Program-made: the position numbers and the translations under genes
The notes under the pieces: generated by a model
What the model saw: the letters and a program-made list of their open reading frames with translations, nothing else
What the model was told of the DNA's origin: nothing
Database searches by the model: none
NCBI GenBank assembly: GCA_012032555.1
Contig: JAAUSR010000006.1
Span: 40,780 to 104,779, forward strand
From: Thioploca sp.
Lineage (GTDB): Bacteria > Pseudomonadota > Gammaproteobacteria > Beggiatoales > Beggiatoaceae
DNA length: 64,000 bases
Direction of reading: 5' to 3'
In this document: positions 39,133 to 48,908 of the stretch, piece after piece
Layout of the letters: every line of letters starts with the position of its first letter
Numbering within the stretch: the first letter of the stretch is position 1

Positions 39133-39443
39133 CATTTATTATCAAAGGATATTTTTGATATGGCTAAAATTGAATCCGGTCAACTCGAAATCAAAAAAAG
39201 AAACCAGTTATTGAAGAAGTCTATCAAGTCGGTTTTAATTTTGTTAAACCTATGATGGTCGAGAAGCGTTTGGATAAGGGAGAAAAAAACTACCTAATAT
39301 CGTAGCTTAACAGTTTAAAGATTCCCCGCCTTTCGTGCGAGTTCCCTTCTAGCACCTATTCTATCCTAATTATTGCAATAACAACCTTAACAAGGTCAGC
39401 GGATAAAAATGCTATTGAGTATTTAACTAAAACTACTCCGTAA
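39133..39443 (+). pseudogene. relic of a hybrid sensor histidine kinase (HisKA fragment plus receiver C-terminus; ATPase domain missing)
   Basis: DMAKIESGQLEIKK, then after a frame change in the A7 run (39193-39199) KPVIEEVYQVGFNFVKPMMVEKRLDKG. A second fragment YSILIIAITTLTRSADKNAIEYLTK resembles the PIIAxTAxAxxxDxxxxxxxGxxDYLTKP end of a receiver. Confidence 0.55.
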
Positions 39444-39807
39444 TAAAACAGCGATGTCAGTATTAACTATTGAGGGACAACGTATTTATTTGAGCTGAGT
39501 ATATAACTTACTGTTATTAAAAATAAATTAAAAGTGATATTTGTAGTAAAGTAAAAAAGTAAGGCTATTAAAAGAGCTTAAAAATGTGATAAAATAAGAA
39601 TATAGAGTAAGTAAAGTATAAATTTTATTGTTTATAGGTAGTTTGAGATAATTTTGACTGGAATGAATATTTCAGTTGAGTGTATTATTTTAGTGATTTA
39701 AAATCACGCGGCATTTCTTTTACTCTTAATAGTAGTAAAATTAAACAAAATAGTTCATTATAATGGGCTTATTGACTTTTCTAGTTTTAGTTTAGGAGAT
39801 TATAACA

Positions 39808-40095
39808 ATGTTTTTAAGATTACCATTAGTTTTATTCATATTATTATTGAGCATTGTGGGTTGCGAACAGCAGGATAAAGAAACTGATACTAATTCGTCT
39901 CCCCCTGCCGAATCAGCTGTACCGCCAGCTAACAATACGATGGATAATGCTACCAAAGATACCACTCCTCCTGAAGAGGATGCTAATGAAACTCAAGCTG
40001 GTACTGAAGAAAATAGTGCAAATGAACCAACCGGTAATACAGAAACAACTGAACCTGAATCCAATAAAGAAGAAACGACTAATGATGCTCATTAG
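39808..40095 (+). CDS. small acidic low-complexity lipoprotein
   Basis: RBS aggag, signal peptide plus lipobox LLLSIVGC, then a T/E/N/P-rich tail. Confidence 0.5.
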   Translation: MFLRLPLVLFILLLSIVGCEQQDKETDTNSSPPAESAVPPANNTMDNATKDTTPPEEDANETQAGTEENSANEPTGNTETTEPESNKEETTNDAH

Positions 40096-40158
40096 TAAAA
40101 AAGCAGGGTATTAGTTTTACGATAAACCTTGCCTAGACTAATCTTTCTTGACTAGTCG

Positions 40159-40189
40159 CTAGGGGTGTTTAACGAGATACCCCTAGTTT
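40159..40189 (+). terminator. terminator-like hairpin after the lipoprotein gene
   Basis: 8-bp stem ctaggggt / acccctag with a 12-nt loop, followed by ttt. Confidence 0.4.
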
Positions 40190-40329
40190 ACTAGTAGAAT
40201 TAACCCGCGTTAAAAAATCAACTCCTAGTTATTGTATATCTAAAAGTAAGTGATTATTCATAAGGATTTGTTAAACTTGTTTTTAGGTAAGTATGTTGGC
40301 CTTTCTTATTAAAAAAGTACTGTGAAATT

Positions 40330-40596
40330 ATGATAATACCACATAAATCAAGCGATATATGGAAATTACTCGTTACTGGCAAGAAGAAGTGTCGGTGTAA
40401 TCTTGTGCCGGCAAGTATTTTGTTAGAAAGAATCATTCGTTCTACTCAGCATGATGGTTCGCCAGAAAATATCCAACAGTGCGTTGAAGAAACTTATAAT
40501 TTTTTTGTTCGTTACAAACCTATCCTTACTCAGGAAGATATTAGGCAACTTTTTGAACTTAACGAACAAATTTCCTATAATTCCAACGAACACTGA
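40330..40596 (+). CDS. hypothetical small protein
   Basis: 88-aa ORF. The second half (PENIQQCVEETYNFFVRYKPILTQEDIRQLFELNEQI) looks protein-like, but I recognise no homology. Confidence 0.25.
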   Translation: MIIPHKSSDIWKLLVTGKKKCRCNLVPASILLERIIRSTQHDGSPENIQQCVEETYNFFVRYKPILTQEDIRQLFELNEQISYNSNEH

Positions 40597-40833
40597 AATA
40601 ATCTAGCACGACTTATCATCTTGATTTTCATGATAAAGTAGTTAATCTGAATATAAGGTAACAGAGGAAGAAAGGATTTTAGTACTTGGGTAACACCAAA
40701 AGTGATCACTTAATTTCCATACCTTGAGTGTGGTAGTTTTTTATAGCAACCCAAACCTTCTATTTACTGACAACGCTATCAGCGTGCTAACAACTTCACT
40801 GAAGATGATTAGTTTGGCTATGGGAATCCGGCG

Positions 40834-41496
40834 ATGCTAAAAATATTTAACACTTTTGCCAATGATATTATTTGCTTCACTACCAGTGCGGTCTTGTTAA
40901 TTTTATATCATGTGTTTTTGCGCTACCAAATCCGTAACAACCCCGCTTATACTGTGCAGTCCATAAATATCATTGCGCGTACTGCTTGGGTGGAGAATAT
41001 CATGCGTAATAATAGTAAAGACATACTAGCTGTGCAGACCTTGCGCAATTCCACTATGGCTGCTACTTTTCTTTCCTCCACATCGATATTGTTGATCATG
41101 GGAGTGTTGAGCCTAAGTAGTCAAGGTGATAAACTAGATTCTGCTTGGCATGTGCTGAATCTATTCGGTTCAACACACCCAGAATTATGGGTAGTGAAAG
41201 TACTACTCATGTTGCTAGACCTGATTGTGGCATTTTTCAGTTTTACTATGACTATCCGAGTTTACAATCATGTTGGCTATCTGCTCAATGTGCCCTTAGA
41301 AATGAATCCTAGAGTCATTTCACCCTACCATGTTGCTATCCATCTTAACCGCGCCGGACGTTACTACAGCGTCGGTATGCGTGCCTACTACCTCATGGTG
41401 CCATTAGTATTCTGGTTGTTTGGCCCACATTTTATGTTATTATCCACTATATTGCTAATTTTCATGTTGTACCACCTTGACCGCGCACCTGATTAA
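40834..41496 (+). CDS. DUF599-family membrane protein
   Basis: 220 aa with several TM helices and the family-typical block ILAVQTLRNSTMAATFLSSTSILL. Confidence 0.55.
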   Translation: MLKIFNTFANDIICFTTSAVLLILYHVFLRYQIRNNPAYTVQSINIIARTAWVENIMRNNSKDILAVQTLRNSTMAATFLSSTSILLIMGVLSLSSQGDKLDSAWHVLNLFGSTHPELWVVKVLLMLLDLIVAFFSFTMTIRVYNHVGYLLNVPLEMNPRVISPYHVAIHLNRAGRYYSVGMRAYYLMVPLVFWLFGPHFMLLSTILLIFMLYHLDRAPD

Positions 41497-41748
41497 TTCT
41501 AATACTTGAGCAAATAAACCAACCCGTAAATTAGTCAATTTTTTCATTTTGAAAATACTAATTCAGATAAACTGGGTTGTCATATAGATACTTATAAACT
41601 TAAGTTTAAGTGACCACATAAATTTTAAAATCCGCGTCTTGATAAACGATTTGCTGTCTATAACGTTTTCTGTTAATCCTGGTGCACTCAATTAAATCGA
41701 TCTTCTGAAAAGATTATTGTAATAGTTATATACTACCTACCCCAAAAT

Positions 41749-42164
41749 TTGCTTGCCGATGAGAAACACACTGGGATCAATAGCAAGCGTTACTATATTA
41801 CCATGACGGTTGAGAACGAGTGTATTCTCGGTGCAGCTAGAGCAAAATCTGCTTCAGAAGCAGACTTGACCAAGGCTGATAAGGTCTTCGCTCAAAAAGT
41901 GAAAGCACTCAAGCCAGATTATTTGCCTCACCATATTTTCATGGAACACTAAACTTTGCTGAATGGCGTGTCCGGGCTATGGCACGTTTATGGAACTTTT
42001 ACCCCTCATCACCAGCAACAATAACCAAGTATCATGGACGAACTTGCTCCGCCGATTCCGCCGAACGTTTCAATGGCAAGCGTTATGCGGAGAATTGGTT
42101 GGGAAACCTGCTTGTATCCGCTTCTATGAATGGTACGAGGGGATATCAACAAAAAACGTTATAA
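41749..42164 (+). mobile_element. internally deleted transposase-like gene relic
   Basis: Two fragments in different frames: LADEKHTGINSKRYYITMTVENECILGAARAKSASEADLTKA... and FAEWRVRAMARLWNFYPSSPATITKYHGRT..AERFNGKRYAENWLGNLLVSASMNG. From memory these resemble the N- and C-terminal parts of a transposase family common in cyanobacteria. The central catalytic region is absent and I found no terminal inverted repeats. Confidence 0.4.
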
Positions 42165-42261
42165 ACCGGATTATTTGGCTCAAGCATTTCAAATTAGGAG
42201 CATCAGCAATAGAATGCTATTCTTATCAATTTAAACTGAATTAAAGGTTAAAAAGAATTTA

Positions 42262-43842
42262 GTGACAGCAAATAAACACAACTGGTTTTTCAAGCTACTT
42301 CCCTGGCTTATTATCATTTTTGGTATCGTTTTACGTTGGGATCAATATTGGTTAAACCGTTCTTTATGGTTAGATGAAGCCTTTTTGGCAGTTAACCTGG
42401 ATAAAACCTTAGTAGAACTTTTACAACGACCGCTTGATTACCACGATAGTATCGTAGCGCCACCGGGTTTTTTTATTATAACTAAACTTATTATCACTCT
42501 ATTTGGAAATACCGATTTTATTTTAAGATTGTATCCTTTCTTATGTAGTATCCTGTCTTTGTGGTTGTTTTACCAATTAGCTAAATTAACTATTTCTGCC
42601 TCAGCAGTTCCTTTAGCTTTATTTTTATTTGCTATCTCTGATAATCTAATTTTCTATGCTTCTGGATTTAAGCATTATTCAAGTGATGTTACTATCACGT
42701 TACTTTTGTTTATTTTAGCAATTTATCTACTCAAGTCTACTATAACCTATAACAAGTTACTTTTACTAACTATTATAGGCACACTAGCTATTTGGTTTTC
42801 CTACCCAGCGGCTTTTATTCTGGCAGCTATTGGAAGTTATTTAATTGGATTCTATTTAATTAATAAACAATGGCCACTCGTTACTAAATTTAGCTTAATA
42901 AGTGTCATTTGGTTAAGCAGTTTTTTAGGAATGTACTTATTTACTGTGGGTAGCAATATTGAAGCATCACCAATTGGCAAATATTTAGTGCATTTTTGGC
43001 AGGAAGCGAAGGCTTTTATGCCATCTCCTTTATCAATAGCAACGCTAAAATGGATATATTATAACTATTTTAAGATGTTTAATAATCCAGGAAATTTGGA
43101 GATGGTTTCCTTAGCGGGTATTTTATTTATAGGCGGTTGTATTTCTCTGTGGGCACGGCGAAAAACCAGTTTATTTTTACTCGTTTTGCCGATGATTATC
43201 GTCATGTCAGTTTCATTTTTCCATTACTATCCCTTTGCAGATAGAATGATAATTTTTTTACTGCCCTCGATTTATCTTATCATTGCAGAAAGTATCACCC
43301 AAATTCAAATTATTTTCTTAGCCTACCCTAACACGTTGATAATTACCCGACTGGCTCAAATTATTTTAGTGGTTAGTTTAATCGATTTTCCACTTTATCA
43401 TCGTCATTATGTTCAAGAAATTAAACCAATTCTTGAATATGTTCAACATAATAAAACACCAACCGATACTATTTATTTATATCATTGGTCAGAACCAGCA
43501 TTTAGGTATTACGCCCATTTTTATAATTTTAGTTATAGCAATTGTCATCTTATCACCCCGATACCTCACAATGAATATCTTAAGGAAATTGATTATTTTC
43601 GGCTTAAAAACCAGATGAAACCAGTTAAAGTAGATGAGTCACAATGTATATTAGGTGTTTCAGAACTTTTTGAGCAATCACGTTTTGACTTAGAACAACT
43701 TCGTCACCATGGTCGGGTATGGTTTATTTTTTCTCATAGTGGTGAACAAGAACGATTCTTTATCAATTATCTTGATAGCATGGGGATAAAAAAAGCTGAA
43801 TTCTTGCAACCAGGCGCTTCTGTCTATTTGTATGAATTATGA
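42262..43842 (+). CDS. GT-C fold membrane glycosyltransferase (family 39/83, ArnT/PMT-like)
   Basis: 526 aa with about 11 TM helices, an early periplasmic-loop motif LWLDEAFLAVN, and a soluble C-terminal domain. GTG start. Confidence 0.55.
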   Translation: MTANKHNWFFKLLPWLIIIFGIVLRWDQYWLNRSLWLDEAFLAVNLDKTLVELLQRPLDYHDSIVAPPGFFIITKLIITLFGNTDFILRLYPFLCSILSLWLFYQLAKLTISASAVPLALFLFAISDNLIFYASGFKHYSSDVTITLLLFILAIYLLKSTITYNKLLLLTIIGTLAIWFSYPAAFILAAIGSYLIGFYLINKQWPLVTKFSLISVIWLSSFLGMYLFTVGSNIEASPIGKYLVHFWQEAKAFMPSPLSIATLKWIYYNYFKMFNNPGNLEMVSLAGILFIGGCISLWARRKTSLFLLVLPMIIVMSVSFFHYYPFADRMIIFLLPSIYLIIAESITQIQIIFLAYPNTLIITRLAQIILVVSLIDFPLYHRHYVQEIKPILEYVQHNKTPTDTIYLYHWSEPAFRYYAHFYNFSYSNCHLITPIPHNEYLKEIDYFRLKNQMKPVKVDESQCILGVSELFEQSRFDLEQLRHHGRVWFIFSHSGEQERFFINYLDSMGIKKAEFLQPGASVYLYEL

Positions 43843-44152
43843 AAAAATAACGGCAGTGAGATAAAAAGTGTAGGTCGTACCAAGTGTAGCGGGTCAAAAT
43901 TTATTTTCCATACGCATCAACTTAAGAGTGGTATGGAAGTATAAACAAGCCCGCTATCAAAGCAATTATTATAGCTAAACTAGAGTATCTCAATTTTATT
44001 AATTGACTATAATAATACCTTCGCCAAAAGTTTTACTATTAAAGTAAGTTATGATAAGAATGCTTAAGAATCAATGAGATTTTAAACAAGCTTAGTTTGG
44101 TTCAAAATAAAGTAAGTAATTAAATTTAACAAATATTATTAATATAACTTAT

Positions 44153-44590
44153 CTAATTAGATAGATAATTGGCGAAGATATTATCATGGCGGAGAATATT
44201 TAAAATATCGTCAATATCACTGTCATAATCAGCTTAACCGGTATTATCCGTAAAATCAATATATTGTAAATGACGCCCAGTGACCGGAATTTCCGTGGCT
44301 GACGTGGTGGCAATTAATAATGGAACGATACGTTTGTGGTATTGAAGTGCATGTTCTAATTCGCGCCGGCAATAGTCAGAAATGACCGAATGCGGCGAGA
44401 TAAAGTAGAAAAAAGTTATCTGCGTTTTCAATACCTTGTTCAATAGCCCGTTCATACCGGTTTGCGGGCTTCACAGATAAATTCACACACTAATGCTGAA
44501 AGCTGACAAGGGGGTTGTTTCGGGGGTAAGAATTTGGTGAGGAGCCATTCTTCGGCCAAGGGATTGTTCATCATTATTTTATGGGTTTGC
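44153..44590 (-). pseudogene. degraded TIR-domain gene
   Basis: ...YERAIEQGIENADNFF / FFYFISPHSVISDYCRRELEHALQYHKRIVPLLI ... LQYIDFTDNTG * ADYDSDIDDILNILRHDNIF. It carries a frameshift in the A6 run (44409-44414), an in-frame TAA at 44234-44236, and a scrambled N-terminal region. Confidence 0.55.
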
Positions 44591-44726
44591 GTGTTAAGCG
44601 GTTTTGGGTTATGGTGTAAAAATCGATAAATTAGATTCCTCAAGTGCAGCTATATTGCATGTGAGCACATAGCCAATTAGCAATTTAAAACTCATTAATT
44701 TAACTTAGAAACCGGAACTTTACAGT

Positions 44727-45500
44727 ATGTCAGAGTTGTTTAACCCTGAAGTTATTAATCCTTTAATTACTAAACTTAATCACCACCCAGTTTATGGTGC
44801 GCTACGTAATCAGGAAGATTTACGTCGTTTTATGATCCATCACGTTTATTCAGTGTGGGATTTTATGTCATTGGTTAAATATTTACAAAATAAGATTGCA
44901 CCGAGTCAATTTCCTTGGGTACCACGTGGTAAGGCGACAGTACGGTATTTTATTAATAGTTTAGTACTAGAAGAGGAATCTGATGAAAGTCCATTGTCAA
45001 CCCCGGAGAAGAAATCTTATAGCAGTCATTTTGAACTTTACTGTCAAGCCATGCGGGAAATTGGTGGTGATCCCCAAACGGCTCTCCGGTTTGTCGCCAC
45101 GGTTGAGCAACAGGGTATTGAAATCGCTTTAACCAGTGAATGGATTCCACCGCCTTCTCGGCATTTCACCCAAACCACCTTTGAATGGATTGCGACTGAC
45201 CAACCGCATTTAGTTGCTGCCGCTTTGGCTATGGGCAGAGAACAAGTGATTCCCAGCATGTTTCGAGCTTTTTTAGCGCAGTTGGGAATCGATTTAGTTC
45301 AGGCGCCCACTTTCCATTATTATCTTAACCGCCATATTCATCTCGATGAAGATTTTCATGGACCGCTGTCTTTACAATTATTAAACGAATTATGTGGTGG
45401 TGAAGCAGATAAAATCCAAGCCGCTGAAGTCGCTGCTCAACAGGCGATTTTAGCCCGCTTACGATTTTGGGATGAGGTATTAGAAGTGATTAATAATTAA
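44727..45500 (+). CDS. DUF3050-family protein (heme-oxygenase-like fold)
   Basis: HHVYSVWDFMSLVKYLQ ... PWVPRG ... INSLVLEEESDE matches my recollection of the DUF3050 core. Confidence 0.55.
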   Translation: MSELFNPEVINPLITKLNHHPVYGALRNQEDLRRFMIHHVYSVWDFMSLVKYLQNKIAPSQFPWVPRGKATVRYFINSLVLEEESDESPLSTPEKKSYSSHFELYCQAMREIGGDPQTALRFVATVEQQGIEIALTSEWIPPPSRHFTQTTFEWIATDQPHLVAAALAMGREQVIPSMFRAFLAQLGIDLVQAPTFHYYLNRHIHLDEDFHGPLSLQLLNELCGGEADKIQAAEVAAQQAILARLRFWDEVLEVINN

Positions 45501-45509
45501 TGGGCTGGC

Positions 45510-45932
45510 TTAACTGGCTACTTCATTCGACGTCTTGGCTTGGCTAATGAGTTGATGGATTTGCAATAACAATTCGTCTTGATTGTAAGAGGCTTTCTGA
45601 AAAATGGTCTCTACACCCTGGAGACGAGCTTCTTCTTCAGCGGTAAGCGGCAGCGAAGTTAACACGACCACGGGGATAGAACGCCAATTCTCATGGGCAC
45701 GTAAATGAGTTAAAAATTCAAAGCCATCCATGATAGGCATCATTAAATCTAATAAAATCAAAGCCGGACTTTTATGATTGAGGTGATTAAGTGCCACTTG
45801 ACCATTTTCAGCTTTAAAAACCTGCCAACCTTGGTTTTTGAGTACATCAGTCATCATTTCGCGGATAACAACATCATCCTCAACAATCATCACTAGATTT
45901 TGGATTTCATGGTTAATCTGGAATTTGCGCAA
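45510..45932 (-). CDS. single-domain response regulator (CheY-like receiver)
   Basis: VMIVEDDVVIREMM ... ALILLDLMMPIMDGFEF ... PVVVLTS. The likely true start is ATG 45890, two nt after the kinase stop (TAG 45895-45893). Confidence 0.85.
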   Translation of the reverse strand: MRKFQINHEIQNLVMIVEDDVVIREMMTDVLKNQGWQVFKAENGQVALNHLNHKSPALILLDLMMPIMDGFEFLTHLRAHENWRSIPVVVLTSLPLTAEEEARLQGVETIFQKASYNQDELLLQIHQLISQAKTSNEVAS

Positions 45933-48067
45933 ATGGTACTTAATTGTTCCGGGTAAACGGGTTTAAGCAAATAATCCGTTGCACCCAAGGCAACACCTTT
46001 TTTCTGTTGATCTTCGACTGATATCATCACCACCGGAATATCAGCTAATAACGAATCGCTTTTGAGCCAAGATAACACTTTCCAACCATCGATATTGGGC
46101 ATTTTGACATCTAGAACAATCGCATCTGGACGTAATTTCCTAGCGAGTCGCAATCCTTCTTTACCGCCGGTGGCTGCAGCTACCGCATAACCCAGTTGTG
46201 TCAAGTAATTTTTCAATACAGCGCGGGTAACACTATCATCATCGATGACCAAGATAATACCTTCTCCAGTCATAACAGATGGATATTCGGTTTGTTGCCG
46301 ATCCTCAGAAGGATTCACTACTGTAGGCAATTTGATCGTAAACAAACTCCCTTGTCCAAATGCGCTGATTAAATCAATACGACCACCCATCATTTCTACA
46401 AATTGTTTAGTAATAGCTAAACCTAAACCGGTACCGCCATATTTGCGAGTAGTAGAAGCATCTGCTTGAGTAAAGGCGCGAAACAACTTGGCACGTTGTT
46501 CATGGGTAATCCCAATCCCATCATCGGCAACCCAACAATAAATCCAATCTTCATCATCTTGTTGTTGGCGATTGACTTCAATAAAAATGAGTCCATTTTC
46601 AGTGAATTTAGCGGCATTACTTAATAAATTGAACAAGACCTGCCGTAGTTTAGTCATATCAGCATACATTTCACCTAATGGCTCAGCACAGACAACTTCC
46701 AAGGTATTGGCATTTTTCTCTATTAAGGGTTGGACGGTACTAATCACTTCTTTAAGCAAGGTAGACAAAGCAAAACTTTCTAAATGTAATTCCATCTTCC
46801 CAGCTTCGATCTTAGATAAATCGAGGACATCATTGATAAGACCCAGTAAATGTTTACCGGCTGCGTGAATTCGTTCCAGATCCGGAATAAAATCTTCTGG
46901 TTCCAGATCGATAGCTTCTTCTTTTAACATTTCACTATAGCCAATAATCGCATTGAGTGGGGTGCGTAATTCATGACTCATATTAGCCAAAAATTGGCTT
47001 TTAGCCAGATTAGCGGCTTCAGCAGTCATTTTAGCTTCGTGTAAAGCCATTTCAGCTTGTTTACGCTCAGTCACATCACGGAAAGTCATCACTGCACCGG
47101 TAACTTGGTTGGCTTCTCGAATCGGTGTGGTGATATACTCAGCCGTAAACGAAGTACCATCTTTACGTCGAAAAATTTCGTCATCACGATGGCAAACTTG
47201 ACCGGCTTGCAACGCATTGAAAATGGGTGATTCCTCTAAAGAATAACGTGTTCCGTCGGCTTTGGTATGGTAAATTATTTCGTATTGTAATTGTCCAATA
47301 ATTTCGTTTGGTTCATAGCCTAATATTCGAGCCGCTGCGGGGTTAACTAATATTAACTGACCGGCTAAATCTAATCCTAAAATACCTTCACCGGCTGATT
47401 CTAAGATCAATTGAGTTTGGTGACTCAACCGTTCTAAAGCCATTTCAATTTGTTTACGTTCATTAATTTCTGCTTGTAATTGTTGATTAGTAGCTGATAA
47501 TTCGGCGGTTCGTTCTTGTACCCGTTGTTCTAGTTGTTCACGGGCTTCTTGTAATTTTGCTTCAACTAATTTGCGTTCATTAATTTCTTGTTTAAGTTTT
47601 TCATTGGATTCTAATAATTCCGCAGTGCGTTCCCGTACTTTTCGTTCTAATTCTTGATTATGTTGGCGTTCTTGTTGAATAAAACGTAAATAAGATTGAA
47701 TTCGAGTAATTAATTGATTAGCATCGATGGGTTTAGTGAGATAGTCTGCCGCTCCAACTGCAAAACCTTTTTGTTTAAATTGTTCAGATTTATAAGCTGC
47801 TGTTAGAAATACAATCGGAATATGTTGCGTTTTCTTGCGGGAACGAATCAATTGGGCGGTTTCAAAACCGTCCATTTCTGGCATTTGGACATCTAAGATA
47901 ATTAAATCAATTTTTGCTTGGAGCAAAATTTGTAAAGCGATTGCCCCAGATTCTGCTTCAAGAATTTGCGCGTTAATGTGTTCATCAATAAGGGTATGTA
48001 AGGTAAATAGATTATTTTTATTATCATCAACAATAAGAATATTCATCAAATCCGCTTGGTCTGACAT
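45893..48067 (-). CDS. hybrid sensor histidine kinase (REC - duplicated coiled coil - PAS - HisKA - HATPase_c - REC)
   Basis: N-terminal REC ILIVDDNKNN...DLIILDVQMPEMDGFE. Two RxxERTAEL..N..L..EINERK coiled-coil units. H-box FLANMSHELRTPLNAIIGYSEML. N/G boxes LLSNAAKFT, DDGIGI and GGTGLGLAI. C-terminal REC ILVIDDD...DAIVLDVKMPNIDGW. Confidence 0.9.
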   Translation of the reverse strand: MSDQADLMNILIVDDNKNNLFTLHTLIDEHINAQILEAESGAIALQILLQAKIDLIILDVQMPEMDGFETAQLIRSRKKTQHIPIVFLTAAYKSEQFKQKGFAVGAADYLTKPIDANQLITRIQSYLRFIQQERQHNQELERKVRERTAELLESNEKLKQEINERKLVEAKLQEAREQLEQRVQERTAELSATNQQLQAEINERKQIEMALERLSHQTQLILESAGEGILGLDLAGQLILVNPAAARILGYEPNEIIGQLQYEIIYHTKADGTRYSLEESPIFNALQAGQVCHRDDEIFRRKDGTSFTAEYITTPIREANQVTGAVMTFRDVTERKQAEMALHEAKMTAEAANLAKSQFLANMSHELRTPLNAIIGYSEMLKEEAIDLEPEDFIPDLERIHAAGKHLLGLINDVLDLSKIEAGKMELHLESFALSTLLKEVISTVQPLIEKNANTLEVVCAEPLGEMYADMTKLRQVLFNLLSNAAKFTENGLIFIEVNRQQQDDEDWIYCWVADDGIGITHEQRAKLFRAFTQADASTTRKYGGTGLGLAITKQFVEMMGGRIDLISAFGQGSLFTIKLPTVVNPSEDRQQTEYPSVMTGEGIILVIDDDSVTRAVLKNYLTQLGYAVAAATGGKEGLRLARKLRPDAIVLDVKMPNIDGWKVLSWLKSDSLLADIPVVMISVEDQQKKGVALGATDYLLKPVYPEQLSTICANSRLTMKSKI

Positions 48068-48238
48068 AGTTATTTACCTTGGTTTTATTAATTTTTTCAT
48101 TAATCCTATCTTCCTCACGGTACCGTTTTTGAATAACCTAAAAATGTTGTACTACTTATTATAGATTTTTATAATTAAATATATATAATCTAGACAACCA
48201 ACGAGGAAATAAGTCGAAGTAGGCAAATTACGTGCCCT

Positions 48239-48258
48239 AAAGCGAAAATAGTCGCTTT
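48239..48258 (-). terminator. weak hairpin 40 nt after cheB
   Basis: On the minus strand it reads aaagcga-ctattt-tcgcttt, a 7-bp stem ending in UUU. Confidence 0.3.
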
Positions 48259-48299
48259 ATAAAACCGAGTGAGTTAATGAGTTATTAGGCTATTAATTC

Positions 48300-48908
48300 T
48301 TACTTGAAAAGATGACTATCTTTAGTTGAACGATTAACGAGTTGCAATAAATAAGGCCCAATCTGGACTAGCGGTAAGATAACATCGACAGTTGTAGCGG
48401 CAATAGCGGCTAAAGGCATAGCATTAGCTTCTGCAGTAGCGGGATCTTGTACAATGATATAACCTCCCATTTGCTTAATTTTTTTAACACCATAATTGCC
48501 ATCATGATTAGCTCCAGTCAAAATAATACCAATCAATTTATCTCGATAAGCATAAACCGCGCTTTCAAACAAAACATCTACTGAGGGACGAGCAAAGTTA
48601 ACATGTCCTTCTATAGAAAGCGAAAAACTCCGATCTTCTTCTATTAACAAATGATAATTGGGAGGAGCCAGATACACAACACCACGGACAATAGTTTCTT
48701 TTTCATCCGCTTGTTTAACCGTTAAGCGTGTTTTAGCGCCTAAAATCTGAGCTAAATAACTATCAGATTGTGGATGTAGATGTTGCACAATAATAATTGG
48801 AAGGGGAAAATTATGAGGTAATGCCGATAAAACCGTAGTGAGTGCTTTGATACCACCGGCAGAAGAACCAATAACAACCGCTTCAAATCGCTTATTGATG
48901 CTAATCAT
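48300..48908 (-). CDS. cheB: protein-glutamate methylesterase, catalytic domain only (no receiver domain)
   Basis: Catalytic triad context VVIGSSAGG, IIIVQHLHP and ILTGANHDG. At 202 aa it has no N-terminal REC. It overlaps cheR by 8 nt. Confidence 0.85.
   Translation of the reverse strand: MISINKRFEAVVIGSSAGGIKALTTVLSALPHNFPLPIIIVQHLHPQSDSYLAQILGAKTRLTVKQADEKETIVRGVVYLAPPNYHLLIEEDRSFSLSIEGHVNFARPSVDVLFESAVYAYRDKLIGIILTGANHDGNYGVKKIKQMGGYIIVQDPATAEANAMPLAAIAATTVDVILPLVQIGPYLLQLVNRSTKDSHLFK

Noticed and set aside
39854-40114. An alternative-frame 86-aa ORF overlapping the lipoprotein gene.
   Set aside because: The 39808 frame has an RBS, a signal peptide and a lipobox. The alternative frame is Lys/Leu/Ile-rich with no start context.
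41963-42244. A 93-aa ORF treated as a separate gene.
   Set aside because: It is an out-of-frame reading across the transposase-like C-terminal fragment. The frame 41979..42164 carries the recognisable sequence.
43887-43956. A 70-nt nested stem structure (tagcggg...cccgcta enclosing ttccatac...gtatggaa) that might be a tRNA.
   Set aside because: It has only two helices, with no D-arm or T-arm (no GTTC-type loop) and no sensible anticodon stem. It is more likely a terminator-like or REP-like structure downstream of the GT-C gene.
44452-44643. A 63-aa ORF upstream of the TIR fragment treated as an independent gene.
   Set aside because: It is an out-of-frame reading through the eroded 5' part of the TIR pseudogene and contains no recognisable motif.
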